A DNA stretch of 64,000 bases. Origin: Cyanobacteriota bacterium. GTDB taxonomy: Bacteria; Cyanobacteriota; Cyanobacteriia; PCC-6307; Cyanobiaceae. The stretch's first letter is position 1, and each line of letters opens with the position of its first letter. The stretch spans positions 21,925 to 85,924 of the forward strand of contig JBEBCC010000064.1 of the NCBI GenBank assembly GCA_041158125.1, read 5' to 3'. Below, piece by piece: positions 9,576-20,090 of the stretch. The position numbers were made by a program, and so were the translations under genes. The notes beneath the pieces are model-generated. The model worked only from the letters and a program-made list of their open reading frames with translations. It did not search any database and was not told the origin of the DNA.

Positions 9576-10436
9576 ATGCTGATCGCTGGATGTTGGCGCC
9601 CTCGCCCTAGCATCGACCAACACCGTTCGCTTTGGAGTTCTAGCTTGCCCAGTGCCGGCCGGCGTCCAACGGGTTCCCCGGCAGCGGTGCGTCCGCCGGC
9701 AAACCGTCGCCCTGGTGGCGCGCGTTCCGCGGTCGATGAGATTCCCCTGGCCCGCCGCACCCTCTCACCGGTGCTCAGGCCTCGGCGCAGTTGGCGCATG
9801 GCTGCCATCGGTGCGCTCTCGTTCGCCTGCGCCGCCGCTGTTCTGGTTCTTGTCGCGCCCCAGCCCCTGCGGCGCTTGCTGGCGCCACCGCCAGTGCAGG
9901 GTCTCAACGCCCGCCCTGGTCCCGATGGCCGGCTGCTTGGTCACTTCCCCTACCCCGAGGCACCAGCGGCATCCCTGCAGGAGATCGCTCCCGGCGTTGC
10001 CCTGCGGCCTGACGCGGCCCTCGCCCTGAGGGATCTGCAGGCCGCCGCCGCCGCCGATGGCGTCGAGATCCGCGTCCTCAGCGCCTTCCGGTCGATTGCC
10101 CTGCAGAAGCATCTTTTCTTTGATATCAAGTCGGAGCGCAACCAGAGCGCGATCGAGCGGGCTCGGGTCAGCGCCCCGCCTGGGTTCTCCGAGCACAGCA
10201 CCGGCTTTGCTGTTGATCTCGGTGACGCTGGCGATCCAGGTACTGATCTTTCCATCTCCTTTGAGCGCACCCCGGCCTTCCGCTGGCTGCTGGCCAACGC
10301 CAACCGCTTTCATTTCCACCTCTCTTTCCCCCAGGGCAATCGCCAGGGGGTCAGCTATGAGCCCTGGCACTGGCGCTTCGAAGGCAGCGCCGATGCTCTG
10401 CGCAGCTTTGCCGCTGCCCAGGCGCTGGAGCGCTGA
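9576..10436 (+). CDS. M15B family D-alanyl-D-alanine carboxypeptidase (VanY-like); start uncertain
   Basis: SAFRS, SAPPGFSEHSTGFAVD and YEPWHWRF zinc motifs, with an N-terminal TM segment. Confidence 0.9.
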   Translation: MLIAGCWRPRPSIDQHRSLWSSSLPSAGRRPTGSPAAVRPPANRRPGGARSAVDEIPLARRTLSPVLRPRRSWRMAAIGALSFACAAAVLVLVAPQPLRRLLAPPPVQGLNARPGPDGRLLGHFPYPEAPAASLQEIAPGVALRPDAALALRDLQAAAAADGVEIRVLSAFRSIALQKHLFFDIKSERNQSAIERARVSAPPGFSEHSTGFAVDLGDAGDPGTDLSISFERTPAFRWLLANANRFHFHLSFPQGNRQGVSYEPWHWRFEGSADALRSFAAAQALER

Positions 10437-13030
10437 TGGCGATGGCAAGACCCACCGGCAACGCACCCAGCGCACCGCAGCTGCCCGAATTGCTGGCTCC
10501 GGCCGGTTGCTGGGCCTCGCTGCGGGCAGCGGTTGCCAACGGCGCGGATGCCGTTTACTTCGGTGTGGAGAGCTTCAACGCCCGTTTGCGGGCTGAAAAT
10601 TTCCGGCGCGAGGACCTGCCGGAGGTGATGGCCTGGCTGCACGCCCGAGGTGTGCGGGGGTTCCTCACGTTCAATGTTCTGGTGTTCGCCGATGAGCTGG
10701 AGCAGGCAGCCGCGCTGCTCCGCCAGGCCGAGCAGGCTGGGGTCGATGCGCTGATCGTCCAGGACATCGGCCTTGCTCTGCTGGCCGCCGAGATCACACC
10801 TGGTCTGGCCCTGCACGGCTCGACGCAGATGTCGATCACCAGTGCCGCCGGTGTGGCGATGGCGGCTGAAATCGGGTGCCAGAGGGTTGTCCTGGCCCGC
10901 GAGCTCACTCTGCGCGATCTGGCGCGACTTCCACAGCAGTTGCAGCATCGGGGTGTGACGATGCCGCTGGAGGTGTTCGTGCACGGCGCTCTGTGCGTGG
11001 CCTATTCCGGTCAGTGCCTGACCAGCGAGGCCTTGGGGCAACGCAGTGCCAATCGCGGCGAGTGTGCCCAGGCCTGCCGCCTGCCCTATCAGCTGATCGT
11101 CGACGGAGAGGAACGCGATCTGGGTGAACGCCGTTATTTGCTGTCCCCGCAGGATCTGGCTGCCTGGGAGCTCTTGCCCCAGTTGGTGCAGCTCGGTGTG
11201 GCCAGCCTCAAGGTCGAGGGTCGGCTCAAGGAGGCCACCTATGTTGCAGCCGTCACAGAGGCCTATCGACAAGGACTCGATCGGCTGCGCACGGCCGATG
11301 GCCAGGCGGAGGCGAGCGGCGAGCGAGACGCCACGCCTGTTGCCACGCCTCCGGCGTTGCGGCGGCAGCTTGAGCTCAGCTTTTCGCGCGGTCTGCACAG
11401 CGGTTGGCTGCAGGGTGTCAACCACCGCCGTCTTGTGCGGGGTCGCTGGAGCAAGAAACGCGGCCCCTGGCTGGGTCGGCTTGAACGCCTTGAACCGGGC
11501 GACTGGTTGCTGCTGCGCAGCAGCGAACCTCTCAAGCCCGGTGATGGCATTGTGCTGGAGGTGCCCAGTGATGATCCGCTGCTGCCACCCCGCGAAGTGG
11601 GGGGTCGGCTGATGCGGGTTGAAGCCCGTCCCGGGGGGCGGCTGGCTCTGCGTCTCGGCCCGGGCCGGCTCGATCTGCGGGGTCTGCGACCCGGCAGCCC
11701 CTGCTGGCTCACCAGCGATCCACAGCTGGAGAAGCACCTGCAGCGCCTGGCGGAGCGGCCCACACCGGAGCGCAGACGTGCGCTCGATCTGCGCGTCAGC
11801 GGCAGTGTTGGTCAGCCCATGCAACTGGAGCTGCTGGCAGTGGATGGTCTCCGCGTCGAGCCGCATCGTGTGCGCTCGCGTGAACCGTTGCAGCCCGCCC
11901 GAGCCACGGCTCTGGATGCCGGGCGGTTGCGCCAGCAGTTCGGTCGCCTGGGGGGCACCGCCTGGCAGCTGAACCAACTCCAGGTCGATCTCGCTGATGG
12001 TCTGTTCCTGCCGGTGGCTGAGCTCAATCGTCTGCGTCGCGCCCTCGTCGATCATCTCGAGCAGGCTTCTGACTGTCGTTCCAGGGAACCGGCACGACCG
12101 GTCGTCGCTGCTGTGTCGGCTGCGGTGTTGCCCGGTTCCGATCCAGCAACGCCGCTGCACCGTGGTGCCGATGACGGTGCGCTGGAGCCCAGGCTCACGG
12201 TGCTGGTGCGCAGCCTTGAGCAACTGCGCGCCCTGCGCGACCAGCCACTGCACCGCGTCATCGCCGACCTGGAGCAACCTGCAGAGCTACGGGAGGCCGT
12301 GGCCATCGGTCGCGGGATCTGGCCTGGTGGCATCTGGCTTGCTGGTCAGCGGATTGTGCGGCCGGATGAGGCGTGGAGTCTGGAGCCGTTGCTGCGGGCT
12401 CAACCCGATGGCTATCTGGTTCGCAACGCCGATCAGCTGGAGCGGCTGACGCCGCTTGCCCCCTGTCTGGGTGATTTCTCGCTCAACGTGGCCAATCCGC
12501 TCACGGCCCGCTGGTTTCTGCGTCGCTGGGGGCTCGAGCGGATCACGGCCAGCTATGACCTGGCCCTTGAGCAGCTGCTGGCGCTTGTGGCCGCCTGTCC
12601 CGCCGATGCGGTGGAGGTGACATTGCACCAGCACATGCCGTTGTTTCACATGGAGCACTGCCTGTTCTGCGCCTTCCTCTCCGATGGCCACGATCACACC
12701 GATTGCGGGCGCCCCTGCGAACAGCACACGGTGGTGCTGCGCGACCGGAGCGGTGTTGACCATCCCCTGCGGGCCGATCTGGGCTGCCGCAACACGCTGT
12801 TCAATGGCCGAGCCCAGACCGCTGCTGAAGCGATTCCGGCCTTCCTGCGGGCTGGTCTGCGGCATTTCCGCCTTGAGCTGCTCCAGGAAGATGCTGAGGA
12901 CAGCCGGCGCCGGCTGGATCTCTACCGGCGTGCCCTGGACGGCGAGGTGAGTGGCCGCGAGGTGTGGCAACAGGAGCAGCTGGACAGCCGGCTTGGCGTC
13001 ACACGCGGCACCCTGGTGGAACGGCGTTGA
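10436..13030 (+). CDS. U32 family protein with DUF3656-like region (RlhA-like Fe-S hydroxylase)
   Basis: PELLAPAG, GADAVYFG, HGSTQMS, EVFVHGALCVAYSGQC...SANRGECAQACR, SLKVEGRLK and C-terminal HCLFCA/CGRPC. Confidence 0.88.
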   Translation: MAMARPTGNAPSAPQLPELLAPAGCWASLRAAVANGADAVYFGVESFNARLRAENFRREDLPEVMAWLHARGVRGFLTFNVLVFADELEQAAALLRQAEQAGVDALIVQDIGLALLAAEITPGLALHGSTQMSITSAAGVAMAAEIGCQRVVLARELTLRDLARLPQQLQHRGVTMPLEVFVHGALCVAYSGQCLTSEALGQRSANRGECAQACRLPYQLIVDGEERDLGERRYLLSPQDLAAWELLPQLVQLGVASLKVEGRLKEATYVAAVTEAYRQGLDRLRTADGQAEASGERDATPVATPPALRRQLELSFSRGLHSGWLQGVNHRRLVRGRWSKKRGPWLGRLERLEPGDWLLLRSSEPLKPGDGIVLEVPSDDPLLPPREVGGRLMRVEARPGGRLALRLGPGRLDLRGLRPGSPCWLTSDPQLEKHLQRLAERPTPERRRALDLRVSGSVGQPMQLELLAVDGLRVEPHRVRSREPLQPARATALDAGRLRQQFGRLGGTAWQLNQLQVDLADGLFLPVAELNRLRRALVDHLEQASDCRSREPARPVVAAVSAAVLPGSDPATPLHRGADDGALEPRLTVLVRSLEQLRALRDQPLHRVIADLEQPAELREAVAIGRGIWPGGIWLAGQRIVRPDEAWSLEPLLRAQPDGYLVRNADQLERLTPLAPCLGDFSLNVANPLTARWFLRRWGLERITASYDLALEQLLALVAACPADAVEVTLHQHMPLFHMEHCLFCAFLSDGHDHTDCGRPCEQHTVVLRDRSGVDHPLRADLGCRNTLFNGRAQTAAEAIPAFLRAGLRHFRLELLQEDAEDSRRRLDLYRRALDGEVSGREVWQQEQLDSRLGVTRGTLVERR

Positions 13031-13356
13031 GGGGCAAGACCGGCTTGCGATAACATTGCTTCACGCACCGTAGGGATCGAAGGTCTCACCCTGGCCGTTT
13101 CCAAGCCGTTGGTTCACTCCTCCTGAACCAGCAGTCCGCAAGCACCGCCTCACGGATGCTGAGGCGCTGTCGTCGTGATGCTGTCGAGCCTGTGCTCGCG
13201 GTTCATGTCGCAGACCACGCCTGAACCCGGCTTCGGCCCGTTCAGGACCAGGGAATCCACCACTGCTCCCACGCCAACGCCAGCCCCGCGCTGCCCGTTG
13301 CGGCCTCCAGCCCCCAGCTGCGGCGTGCCCCTACCGATTACCCCAACCCTTCCTTC

Positions 13357-15165
13357 ATGAGCGGCGCGCATCCGGGAACACCGATTCGCAATATCGCGAT
13401 CATTGCCCACGTTGACCACGGCAAGACCACTCTGGTGGACGCGCTGCTGGCCCAGTCGGGCATCTTTCGCGACAACGAGGCGGTGCCCACCTGTGTGATG
13501 GACTCCAACGACCTGGAGCGCGAGCGCGGCATCACGATCCTCTCCAAGAACACCGCGGTGGATTACGAGGGGATCCGCATCAACATCGTCGACACCCCGG
13601 GCCACGCCGACTTCGGCGGTGAGGTGGAGCGGGTGCTGGGCATGGTGGATGGCTGTCTGCTGATCGTGGACGCCAACGAGGGGCCGATGCCCCAGACACG
13701 CTTCGTGCTCAAGAAGGCTCTGGAGAAGGGGCTGCGGCCGATCGTGTTTGTCAACAAGATCGATCGTGCCCGTGTCGATCCCGAGCAGGCGGTCGATAAG
13801 GTGCTCGACCTGTTCCTTGAGCTGGGCGCCGACGACGACCAGTGCGATTTCCCCTACCTGTTCGGCAGCGGCATGGGCGGTTACGCCAAGCCGGATATGA
13901 AGACAGACAGCGACAACATGAAGCCGCTGTTCGATGCGATCCTGCGCCATGTTCCACCGCCGGTGGGTGACCCCGAGAAGCCCCTGCAGCTGCAGGTGAC
14001 GACGCTCGACTACAGCGACTTCCTCGGCCGGATCATGATCGGGCGCATTCACAACGGCATGATCCGCGCCAATCAACCTGTGGCGCTGCTGCGCGACGAC
14101 GGCAGTGTCAAGCGTGGTCGCATCAGCAAGCTGCTGGGCTTCCAGGGCCTGCAGCGTATTGAGATCGAAGAGGCCCGCGCTGGTGACCTGGTGGCCGTGG
14201 CCGGTTTTGATGAAGTGAACATCGGCGAGACCATCGCCTGCCCCGACAACCCGGAGGCACTGCCGCTGATCAAGGTGGATGAACCCACCCTGCAGATGAC
14301 CTTCGTCGTCAACGACTCGCCCTTCGCTGGCAAGGAAGGCAAGTTTGTCACCAGCCGCCAGGTGCGCGATCGTCTCAACAAGGAGCTGCTCACCAACGTG
14401 GCCCTGCGGGTTGAGGACACTGACTCCCCCGATCGCTGGGCTGTCAGCGGTCGCGGTGAGCTGCACCTGGGCATCCTGATCGAAACGATGCGCCGCGAAG
14501 GCTATGAGTTCCAGGTGAGCCAGCCGCAGGTGATCTTCCGCACCATCGACGGCACCCCTTCCGAGCCCTTTGAAACTCTGGTGCTCGATGTACCTGAGGA
14601 GTCGGTGGGCGCCTGCATCGAGAAGCTCGGCATCCGCAAGGCCGAGATGCAGAACATGGAGAACACCAACGACGGCCGTACTCAGCTGGAGTTTGTGGTG
14701 CCCTCCCGGGGCCTGATCGGCTTCCGTGGTGAATTCATCCGCGCCACCCGCGGTGAGGGCATCATGAGTCACTCGTTCCTCGACTATCGCCCGATGCAGG
14801 GCGAGTTCGATGCCCGTCGCAATGGTGTTCTGATCGCCTTTGAGGAGGGGACCGCCACCTTCTACGCTCTCAAGAACGCCGAGGATCGCGGCCAGTTCTT
14901 CATCAGCCCCGGCACCAAGGTTTATAAAGGCATGCTCGTCGGCGAGCACAACCGTCCCCAGGATCTGGAGATCAACGTCTGCAAGACCAAGCAGCTCACC
15001 AACATGCGCTCCGCCGGCGCTGAGGAGCTCGACACCCTGCAGGCCCCGATGCAGATGACTCTGGAGCGTGCTCTGGAGTACATCGGCCCCGATGAGATGC
15101 TGGAGGTGACGCCGGAGTCGATCCGCCTGCGTAAGCTTCCGGCCAAGAAGCCGGCCCGCCGCTGA
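13357..15165 (+). CDS. typA: Translational GTPase TypA/BipA
   Basis: [46 protein letters not shown] and C-terminal [12 protein letters not shown]. Confidence 0.97.
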   Translation: MSGAHPGTPIRNIAIIAHVDHGKTTLVDALLAQSGIFRDNEAVPTCVMDSNDLERERGITILSKNTAVDYEGIRINIVDTPGHADFGGEVERVLGMVDGCLLIVDANEGPMPQTRFVLKKALEKGLRPIVFVNKIDRARVDPEQAVDKVLDLFLELGADDDQCDFPYLFGSGMGGYAKPDMKTDSDNMKPLFDAILRHVPPPVGDPEKPLQLQVTTLDYSDFLGRIMIGRIHNGMIRANQPVALLRDDGSVKRGRISKLLGFQGLQRIEIEEARAGDLVAVAGFDEVNIGETIACPDNPEALPLIKVDEPTLQMTFVVNDSPFAGKEGKFVTSRQVRDRLNKELLTNVALRVEDTDSPDRWAVSGRGELHLGILIETMRREGYEFQVSQPQVIFRTIDGTPSEPFETLVLDVPEESVGACIEKLGIRKAEMQNMENTNDGRTQLEFVVPSRGLIGFRGEFIRATRGEGIMSHSFLDYRPMQGEFDARRNGVLIAFEEGTATFYALKNAEDRGQFFISPGTKVYKGMLVGEHNRPQDLEINVCKTKQLTNMRSAGAEELDTLQAPMQMTLERALEYIGPDEMLEVTPESIRLRKLPAKKPARR

Positions 15166-15173
15166 GGGGCTGG

Positions 15174-15593
15174 GTGCCGCCGGACGCAACCAACGGGCAC
15201 GACCCTGAGGAGCTTGACCTCATGGCCGACTACCGCTTCCAGCAAGCGGTGAACCTGTTCAATGCGGCCAGCTGGTACCCCTGTCACGACGGTTTTGAAG
15301 AGCTCTGGCATGAAACCCAGGGCCCGTGCCGTCGGGTGCTGCAGGGCATTCTTCAGATCGCCGTCGCCCATATCCATCTAGAGCGCGCCAACCTGCGGGG
15401 GGCCACGGTGCTGCTGGGTGAGGGGTTGGGTCGCTTGCGCAGCAGCGACCCCGGCCTGCTCGGCCTCGACCTGAACCCCTTGTGTGAGCCTGCGGCACAG
15501 CGTCTGCAGGCTTTGCAGCAGGGCCAGCCCCCTGAGGCTCTGCCTCTGCCCCGACTTGTGTTCGCCAGTCACCGATACGATGGCTCCCACTGA
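15174..15593 (+). CDS. DUF309 domain protein
   Basis: FNAASWYPCHDGFEELW...QGILQIAVAHIH pattern. Confidence 0.85.
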   Translation: MPPDATNGHDPEELDLMADYRFQQAVNLFNAASWYPCHDGFEELWHETQGPCRRVLQGILQIAVAHIHLERANLRGATVLLGEGLGRLRSSDPGLLGLDLNPLCEPAAQRLQALQQGQPPEALPLPRLVFASHRYDGSH

Positions 15594-16176
15594 TTGCAAG
15601 GCAGCGGGTTTGGCACCGAAACAGCACAATTGGCCCTTCCAGTTGCGCTTCAACCCCAACCGCATCGGTCTGCCTCTGCTGCTGGCTGCCTGGATGGGGT
15701 CGGCACCAGAGGTGTCGGCCGCTGCTCCTCCCGTGGCTACGCCGGTGCTGCCCCCAGCGCAGGCTTCGGCAGCTGGCAGCTCGGCAGAGTCCACCAGCTC
15801 CTCAGGCTCTCGCCTGAACACCGGTCTGGTCTCGATCGAATCCGATCTCCAGCGCGTGGATCAGTCCACCGGTGTGGTGACGGCCAGTGGCAACGTCCGC
15901 ATTGTCTATCCCGATCAACGGGTTGTGGCTACAGCGCGTCAGGCTCAGTATTTCAGCCGTGAGGGCAGGGTCGTCCTCAGTGGTGAGGTCGACATCGTTC
16001 AGGCGAGCGGCAGCCTGCTTCGTGCCGAGCAGGTGATTTACCTCGTCGGCAGCGAACGCCTGCTAGCTCTGCCGCCTGCGGGACAACAGGTGTTTTCGAG
16101 GCTGCGACTGCCGCCGCCATCCCAACCGAATGCTGCCCAGTCGCAGCAGTTGCGACCTCTGCCGGTGCAACCATGA
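15580..16176 (+). CDS. LptA/OstA family protein
   Basis: IESDLQRVDQSTGVVTASGNVRI...ARQAQYFSREGRVVLSGEV, directly upstream of lptB with an ATGA overlap. Start chosen at ATG 15580. Confidence 0.8.
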   Translation: MAPTDCKAAGLAPKQHNWPFQLRFNPNRIGLPLLLAAWMGSAPEVSAAAPPVATPVLPPAQASAAGSSAESTSSSGSRLNTGLVSIESDLQRVDQSTGVVTASGNVRIVYPDQRVVATARQAQYFSREGRVVLSGEVDIVQASGSLLRAEQVIYLVGSERLLALPPAGQQVFSRLRLPPPSQPNAAQSQQLRPLPVQP

Positions 16177-16901
16177 GCCTGGTGCTCGATCATGTCGCGC
16201 TCACGATCGCTGGTCGTCCGCTGGTCAAGCAGGTCTGTCTCAGCCTCCACCCTGGCGAGGTTGTCGGTCTGCTGGGCCCCAATGGTGCCGGCAAGACCAC
16301 GACTTTCAATCTGGTGACCGGTCTACTGCGGCCGGATCAGGGTTCTGTCCTGCTGGATGATCTTGATGTTGCCGAGCTGCCGATGCCGCGGCGGGCTCGT
16401 CTTGGTATCGGCTATCTGCCGCAGGAGGCGAGTGTGTTCAGAAGTCTGACCGTGCGCGAGAACCTGATGCTTGCTCTGCAGGAGAGTGGCCTGGCCGCGG
16501 TCGAGCGGCGCCAACGCACAGATGTGCTGATCGAAGAATTCCATCTCAGCGCCTTTGCCCATCGCCGCGGCTATCAGCTCTCCGGTGGCGAGCGTCGCCG
16601 TTGCGAGGTGGCCCGCGCCTTGGCTGTGGGCTCAAGCGGGCCACGCTACCTGCTTCTGGATGAACCATTTGCTGGCGTCGATCCCCTCGCGGTTGCTGAT
16701 CTGCGCGACCTGATCACCGGCTTGCGCCGCCGTGGCATGGGTGTACTGATCACGGATCACAACGTGCGTGAAACCCTGTCAATCACTGACCGTGCTTATA
16801 TCCTAACGGAGGGTTCAATCCTGGCAAGTGGACCCTCGGATGCGATCGCCAAGGATCCGCTGGTGCGCCGTCACTATCTCGGCGAGGACTTTCGCCTGTG
16901 A
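16173..16901 (+). CDS. lptB: LPS export ABC transporter ATP-binding protein
   Basis: GLLGPNGAGKTT, GYLPQEASVFR, LSGGERRRCEVAR, LLDEPFAGVDP and ITDHNVRETL. Confidence 0.95.
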   Translation: MSLVLDHVALTIAGRPLVKQVCLSLHPGEVVGLLGPNGAGKTTTFNLVTGLLRPDQGSVLLDDLDVAELPMPRRARLGIGYLPQEASVFRSLTVRENLMLALQESGLAAVERRQRTDVLIEEFHLSAFAHRRGYQLSGGERRRCEVARALAVGSSGPRYLLLDEPFAGVDPLAVADLRDLITGLRRRGMGVLITDHNVRETLSITDRAYILTEGSILASGPSDAIAKDPLVRRHYLGEDFRL

Positions 16902-18100
16902 CACGCTCTTCCTTCCTCACGTCACTCCGGTTGCGCTGGGCATCCCTGCTTCTTTTCTGGCAACGTCTACCCTTGCTCGATCGCTGGCTGATTGCTGAGC
17001 TGACCGGGCCATTACTGTTCGGAATCGCCGCTTTTACTGCCGTTTCCTTGTCGGTGGGAGTTGTCTTTGAGTTGGTGCGCAAGGTGGCGGAAGCCGGTTT
17101 GCCGCCTCTGGTGGCGATGCAGGTGCTCAGCCTGCGACTTCCTGGTTTTCTGGTCCTCAGTTTCCCCATGGCCACGCTGATGGCCACTTTGCTGGGCTAC
17201 AGCCGCCTTTCCGGCTCCAGCGAATTGACGGCTCTGCGCAGTCTAGGTGTCAGCACACGTCGGATTGTGATGCCGGCCTTGATGGTGGCCAGCTTGATGA
17301 CGCTGCTGACTTTCTTCTTCAACGACGTGGTCGTCCCCAGCGCCAACCTTGCCGCTGCCAACACCCTTGATGCCGCCTTGGGTCGTGCAATAGCTTCGGA
17401 GAAAGGATCCAATGTTGTTTATTCCCGGTTTGGGCCAGTTCTCATCCAAGAAGCCGAGAGTTTGCGAACAGATCACGGTCTTGCCCAGTTGTTCTACGCA
17501 CGTGAGTCCACAAGTGGTGGCATGAAGGATGTTACCGTCCTCGATTTTTCCCGGGCGGGCCAGCGACAGGTGTTGGTGGCTGATACAGCAACCTGGAACG
17601 ATGCTCGCAGCATGTGGGAGTTTCGCCAAGGTCGTCTGTTCACGATTGATCGCTTGAGTGGTCGCACGACATCGGCTGAATTTGATCGCTACTTCTATCC
17701 ATTTACCTCGGCGCCGATCGACGTAGCCAGCTTGCCCAAAAGTGCTGAGCAGATGACCGTCGCTCAGGCGGTCCGTGCTGAGCGATTACTCGCCGGTGCT
17801 GGCGATTACAAAGAAGCACGGCGTCTGCGCGTGCGTATTCAAGAGAAGTTTGCCTTTCCAACCATTTGTCTTGTATTTGGTTTGATTGGCAGTAGCTTGG
17901 GAGTGCGGCCGAATTCACGCACCAGCCGAAGTCAGGGATTCGGCATCAGTGTTCTGCTGATTTTTGGCTACTACTTGATGTCCTTTATCTTCAGTTCCTT
18001 GGGCATCAAGGGTGCGCTCACGCCCTTCTTCGCTGCTTGGCTGCCCGTGTTGATTGGCCTTGCTGCCGGCGTGTATCTGTTGCGCCAGGCCAGCCGCTGA
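16898..18100 (+). CDS. LptF/LptG family permease
   Basis: LDRWL..EL..PLLFG, RLSGSSELTALRSLG and KFAFPTICLVFGLIGSSLG, with multiple TM helices. Overlaps lptB by 4 nt. Confidence 0.9.
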   Translation: MTRSSFLTSLRLRWASLLLFWQRLPLLDRWLIAELTGPLLFGIAAFTAVSLSVGVVFELVRKVAEAGLPPLVAMQVLSLRLPGFLVLSFPMATLMATLLGYSRLSGSSELTALRSLGVSTRRIVMPALMVASLMTLLTFFFNDVVVPSANLAAANTLDAALGRAIASEKGSNVVYSRFGPVLIQEAESLRTDHGLAQLFYARESTSGGMKDVTVLDFSRAGQRQVLVADTATWNDARSMWEFRQGRLFTIDRLSGRTTSAEFDRYFYPFTSAPIDVASLPKSAEQMTVAQAVRAERLLAGAGDYKEARRLRVRIQEKFAFPTICLVFGLIGSSLGVRPNSRTSRSQGFGISVLLIFGYYLMSFIFSSLGIKGALTPFFAAWLPVLIGLAAGVYLLRQASR

Positions 18101-18155
18101 TCGGCCGCCCGGCTTGCCAGACTGACGTTGACGATCGCCTGACCATTCCCAACCT

Positions 18156-19076
18156 GTGAGTGATCCTGTTCTTGGCCTCGGTCTGGCCGCCTTTGCCCTG
18201 CTGTTGCTAGCTCTGCCTCTGGCCTTCTGGAGTGTGAGCGAAAGTGGCGGTCGGGGTAGCCGTATTGTGCGCCTGTTGGTGGCGGCTGCCAACCTCAGCT
18301 TGACGGCCCAGCTGGTGCTGCGCTGGTGGCAGAGCGGCCATTTCCCCATCAGCAACCTCTACGAATCGCTCTGCTTCCTCGCCTGGGCCTGCACGCTGAC
18401 CCAGTTGCTGGTGGAGCGCAGCTACCCCTCGCCGTTGGTGCCAGCTGCCGCTACGCCGATGGCTCTGGGCTGTGTTGCCTTTGCGAGTTTTGCTCTCCCC
18501 GATCAGTTGCAGCAGGCCGCTCCGCTGGTGCCCGCTTTGCGCTCCAGCTGGCTGGTCATGCACGTCAGCGTGATCATGGTCAGCTACGCCGCCTTGCTGG
18601 TGGGCTCCCTCCTCTCCGCTGCGGTTCTCGTGACCGATCGCGGCCGTGACCTCGAGCTGCGCAGCAGTTCGATCGGCAGCGGCGGCTTCCGTCAGGCACA
18701 GCTGGCCACCGCTCCTGCACCGGCTGCCCTCAATCTCGCGAGCGCCAGCTTGTCACTCAGTGAGCAGCTCGACAGCCTGAGCTATCGCACGATCACGGTT
18801 GGCTTTCTGCTGCTCTCGATCGGCATCGTCAGCGGTGCCGTGTGGGCTAACGAAGCCTGGGGCAGCTGGTGGAGCTGGGATCCCAAGGAAACCTGGGCCC
18901 TGATCTGCTGGCTGGTGTATGCCGCCTATCTGCATACCCGCCTCAGCCGTGGCTGGCAGGGGCGCCGTCCGGCCCTCGTGGCAGTGGCCGGGCTTGTGGT
19001 GATCTGCGTCTGTTATATCGGCGTCAACCTGCTGGGGATCGGCCTGCACAGCTACGGCTGGTTCTTCAGCAGCTGA
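18156..19076 (+). CDS. ccsA: Cytochrome c biogenesis protein CcsA (also annotated CcsB)
   Basis: [20 protein letters not shown] motif [21 protein letters not shown] and GLHSYG. Confidence 0.95.
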   Translation: MSDPVLGLGLAAFALLLLALPLAFWSVSESGGRGSRIVRLLVAAANLSLTAQLVLRWWQSGHFPISNLYESLCFLAWACTLTQLLVERSYPSPLVPAAATPMALGCVAFASFALPDQLQQAAPLVPALRSSWLVMHVSVIMVSYAALLVGSLLSAAVLVTDRGRDLELRSSSIGSGGFRQAQLATAPAPAALNLASASLSLSEQLDSLSYRTITVGFLLLSIGIVSGAVWANEAWGSWWSWDPKETWALICWLVYAAYLHTRLSRGWQGRRPALVAVAGLVVICVCYIGVNLLGIGLHSYGWFFSS

Positions 19077-19148
19077 TCCGTTGCGGCGCCAGTTGATCGC
19101 TGGGCCCAGCTGATCGGTAGCCGCCTGAGCCGCCACTGCCATGACAAA

Positions 19149-19168
19149 GCCCTCGCTTCCGCGAGGGC
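19149..19168 (-). terminator. GC-rich hairpin between convergent ccsA and rpe; probable terminator
   Basis: GCCCTCGC-TTCC-GCGAGGGC forms a perfect 8-bp stem, followed by TTT on the minus strand. Confidence 0.6.
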
Positions 19169-19222
19169 AGTGATCAGCGGCAGGATGACCCGCCGCTGAT
19201 GGTTGCTCTATTGGTTCTTGGG

Positions 19223-19906
19223 TCAGGCAGCCACGGCCACAGGCCGCTTGCTGTTGCGGATGCCGGTGATGGCATCGGCGTAGCTGGGCTGGTTGAACAC
19301 ACCGGATCCGCTCACGATGGCGTTGGCGCCGGCTTCAATCACCTTCCAGGCATTCTCGGCTTTGATGCCGCCATCCACTTCGATCCACGGATCAAGACCC
19401 TTCTCATCGCACAGGCGGCGCAGGTCTCGGATCTTTTGCACCTGGTTCTCGATGAAGCTCTGACCGCCGAAGCCGGGGTTCACGCTCATGATCAGCACAA
19501 GGTCGCACAGTTCAAGGCAATACTCGAGCGTGTCGATCGGTGTGCCGGGGTTCAGCACGGCTCCGGCCATCTTGCCGAGATCCTTGATCTGGGCCAGGTT
19601 GCGGTGCAAGTGGGTGCAGGCCTCCACCTGAACCGAAATGATGTCGGCACCGGCCTTGGCAAAGTCCGCCACATACTTTTCAGGCTCGACGATCATCAGG
19701 TGAACGTCCAGGGGCTTGGCGGTCACCGGCCGGAGCGCCTCGACGATCAACGGACCGATGGTGATGTTGGGGACAAACCTCCCGTCCATCACGTCAACGT
19801 GAATCCAGTCGGCGCCGGCCTCGTCCACGGCACGCACGTCCTCGCCCAGTCGCGAGAAGTCAGCGGAGAGGATCGAGGGGGAGATCACCAGGGGCTTGGT
19901 GCTCAT
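19223..19906 (-). CDS. rpe: Ribulose-phosphate 3-epimerase
   Basis: [39 protein letters not shown] and IEVDGG. Start at ATG 19906 (MSTKPL). Confidence 0.96.
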   Translation of the reverse strand: MSTKPLVISPSILSADFSRLGEDVRAVDEAGADWIHVDVMDGRFVPNITIGPLIVEALRPVTAKPLDVHLMIVEPEKYVADFAKAGADIISVQVEACTHLHRNLAQIKDLGKMAGAVLNPGTPIDTLEYCLELCDLVLIMSVNPGFGGQSFIENQVQKIRDLRRLCDEKGLDPWIEVDGGIKAENAWKVIEAGANAIVSGSGVFNQPSYADAITGIRNSKRPVAVAA

Positions 19907-20090
19907 GGGGGTGCCACCGGGGCGGAACAGAGGCGGATTGTAGGAATCGGCTCGCCTGGCGCTGGCGCGCCCCTTCGGCGAGCGCTGATACAGTGGGCGG
20001 CGCTCATTGCCCGAGAGGGCCTGCAGCCGCTGAAACCTCGGCCGCCGCAGCGCCTCCCTCGACGCACCCCCATCCCTACGCCGGACAGCT

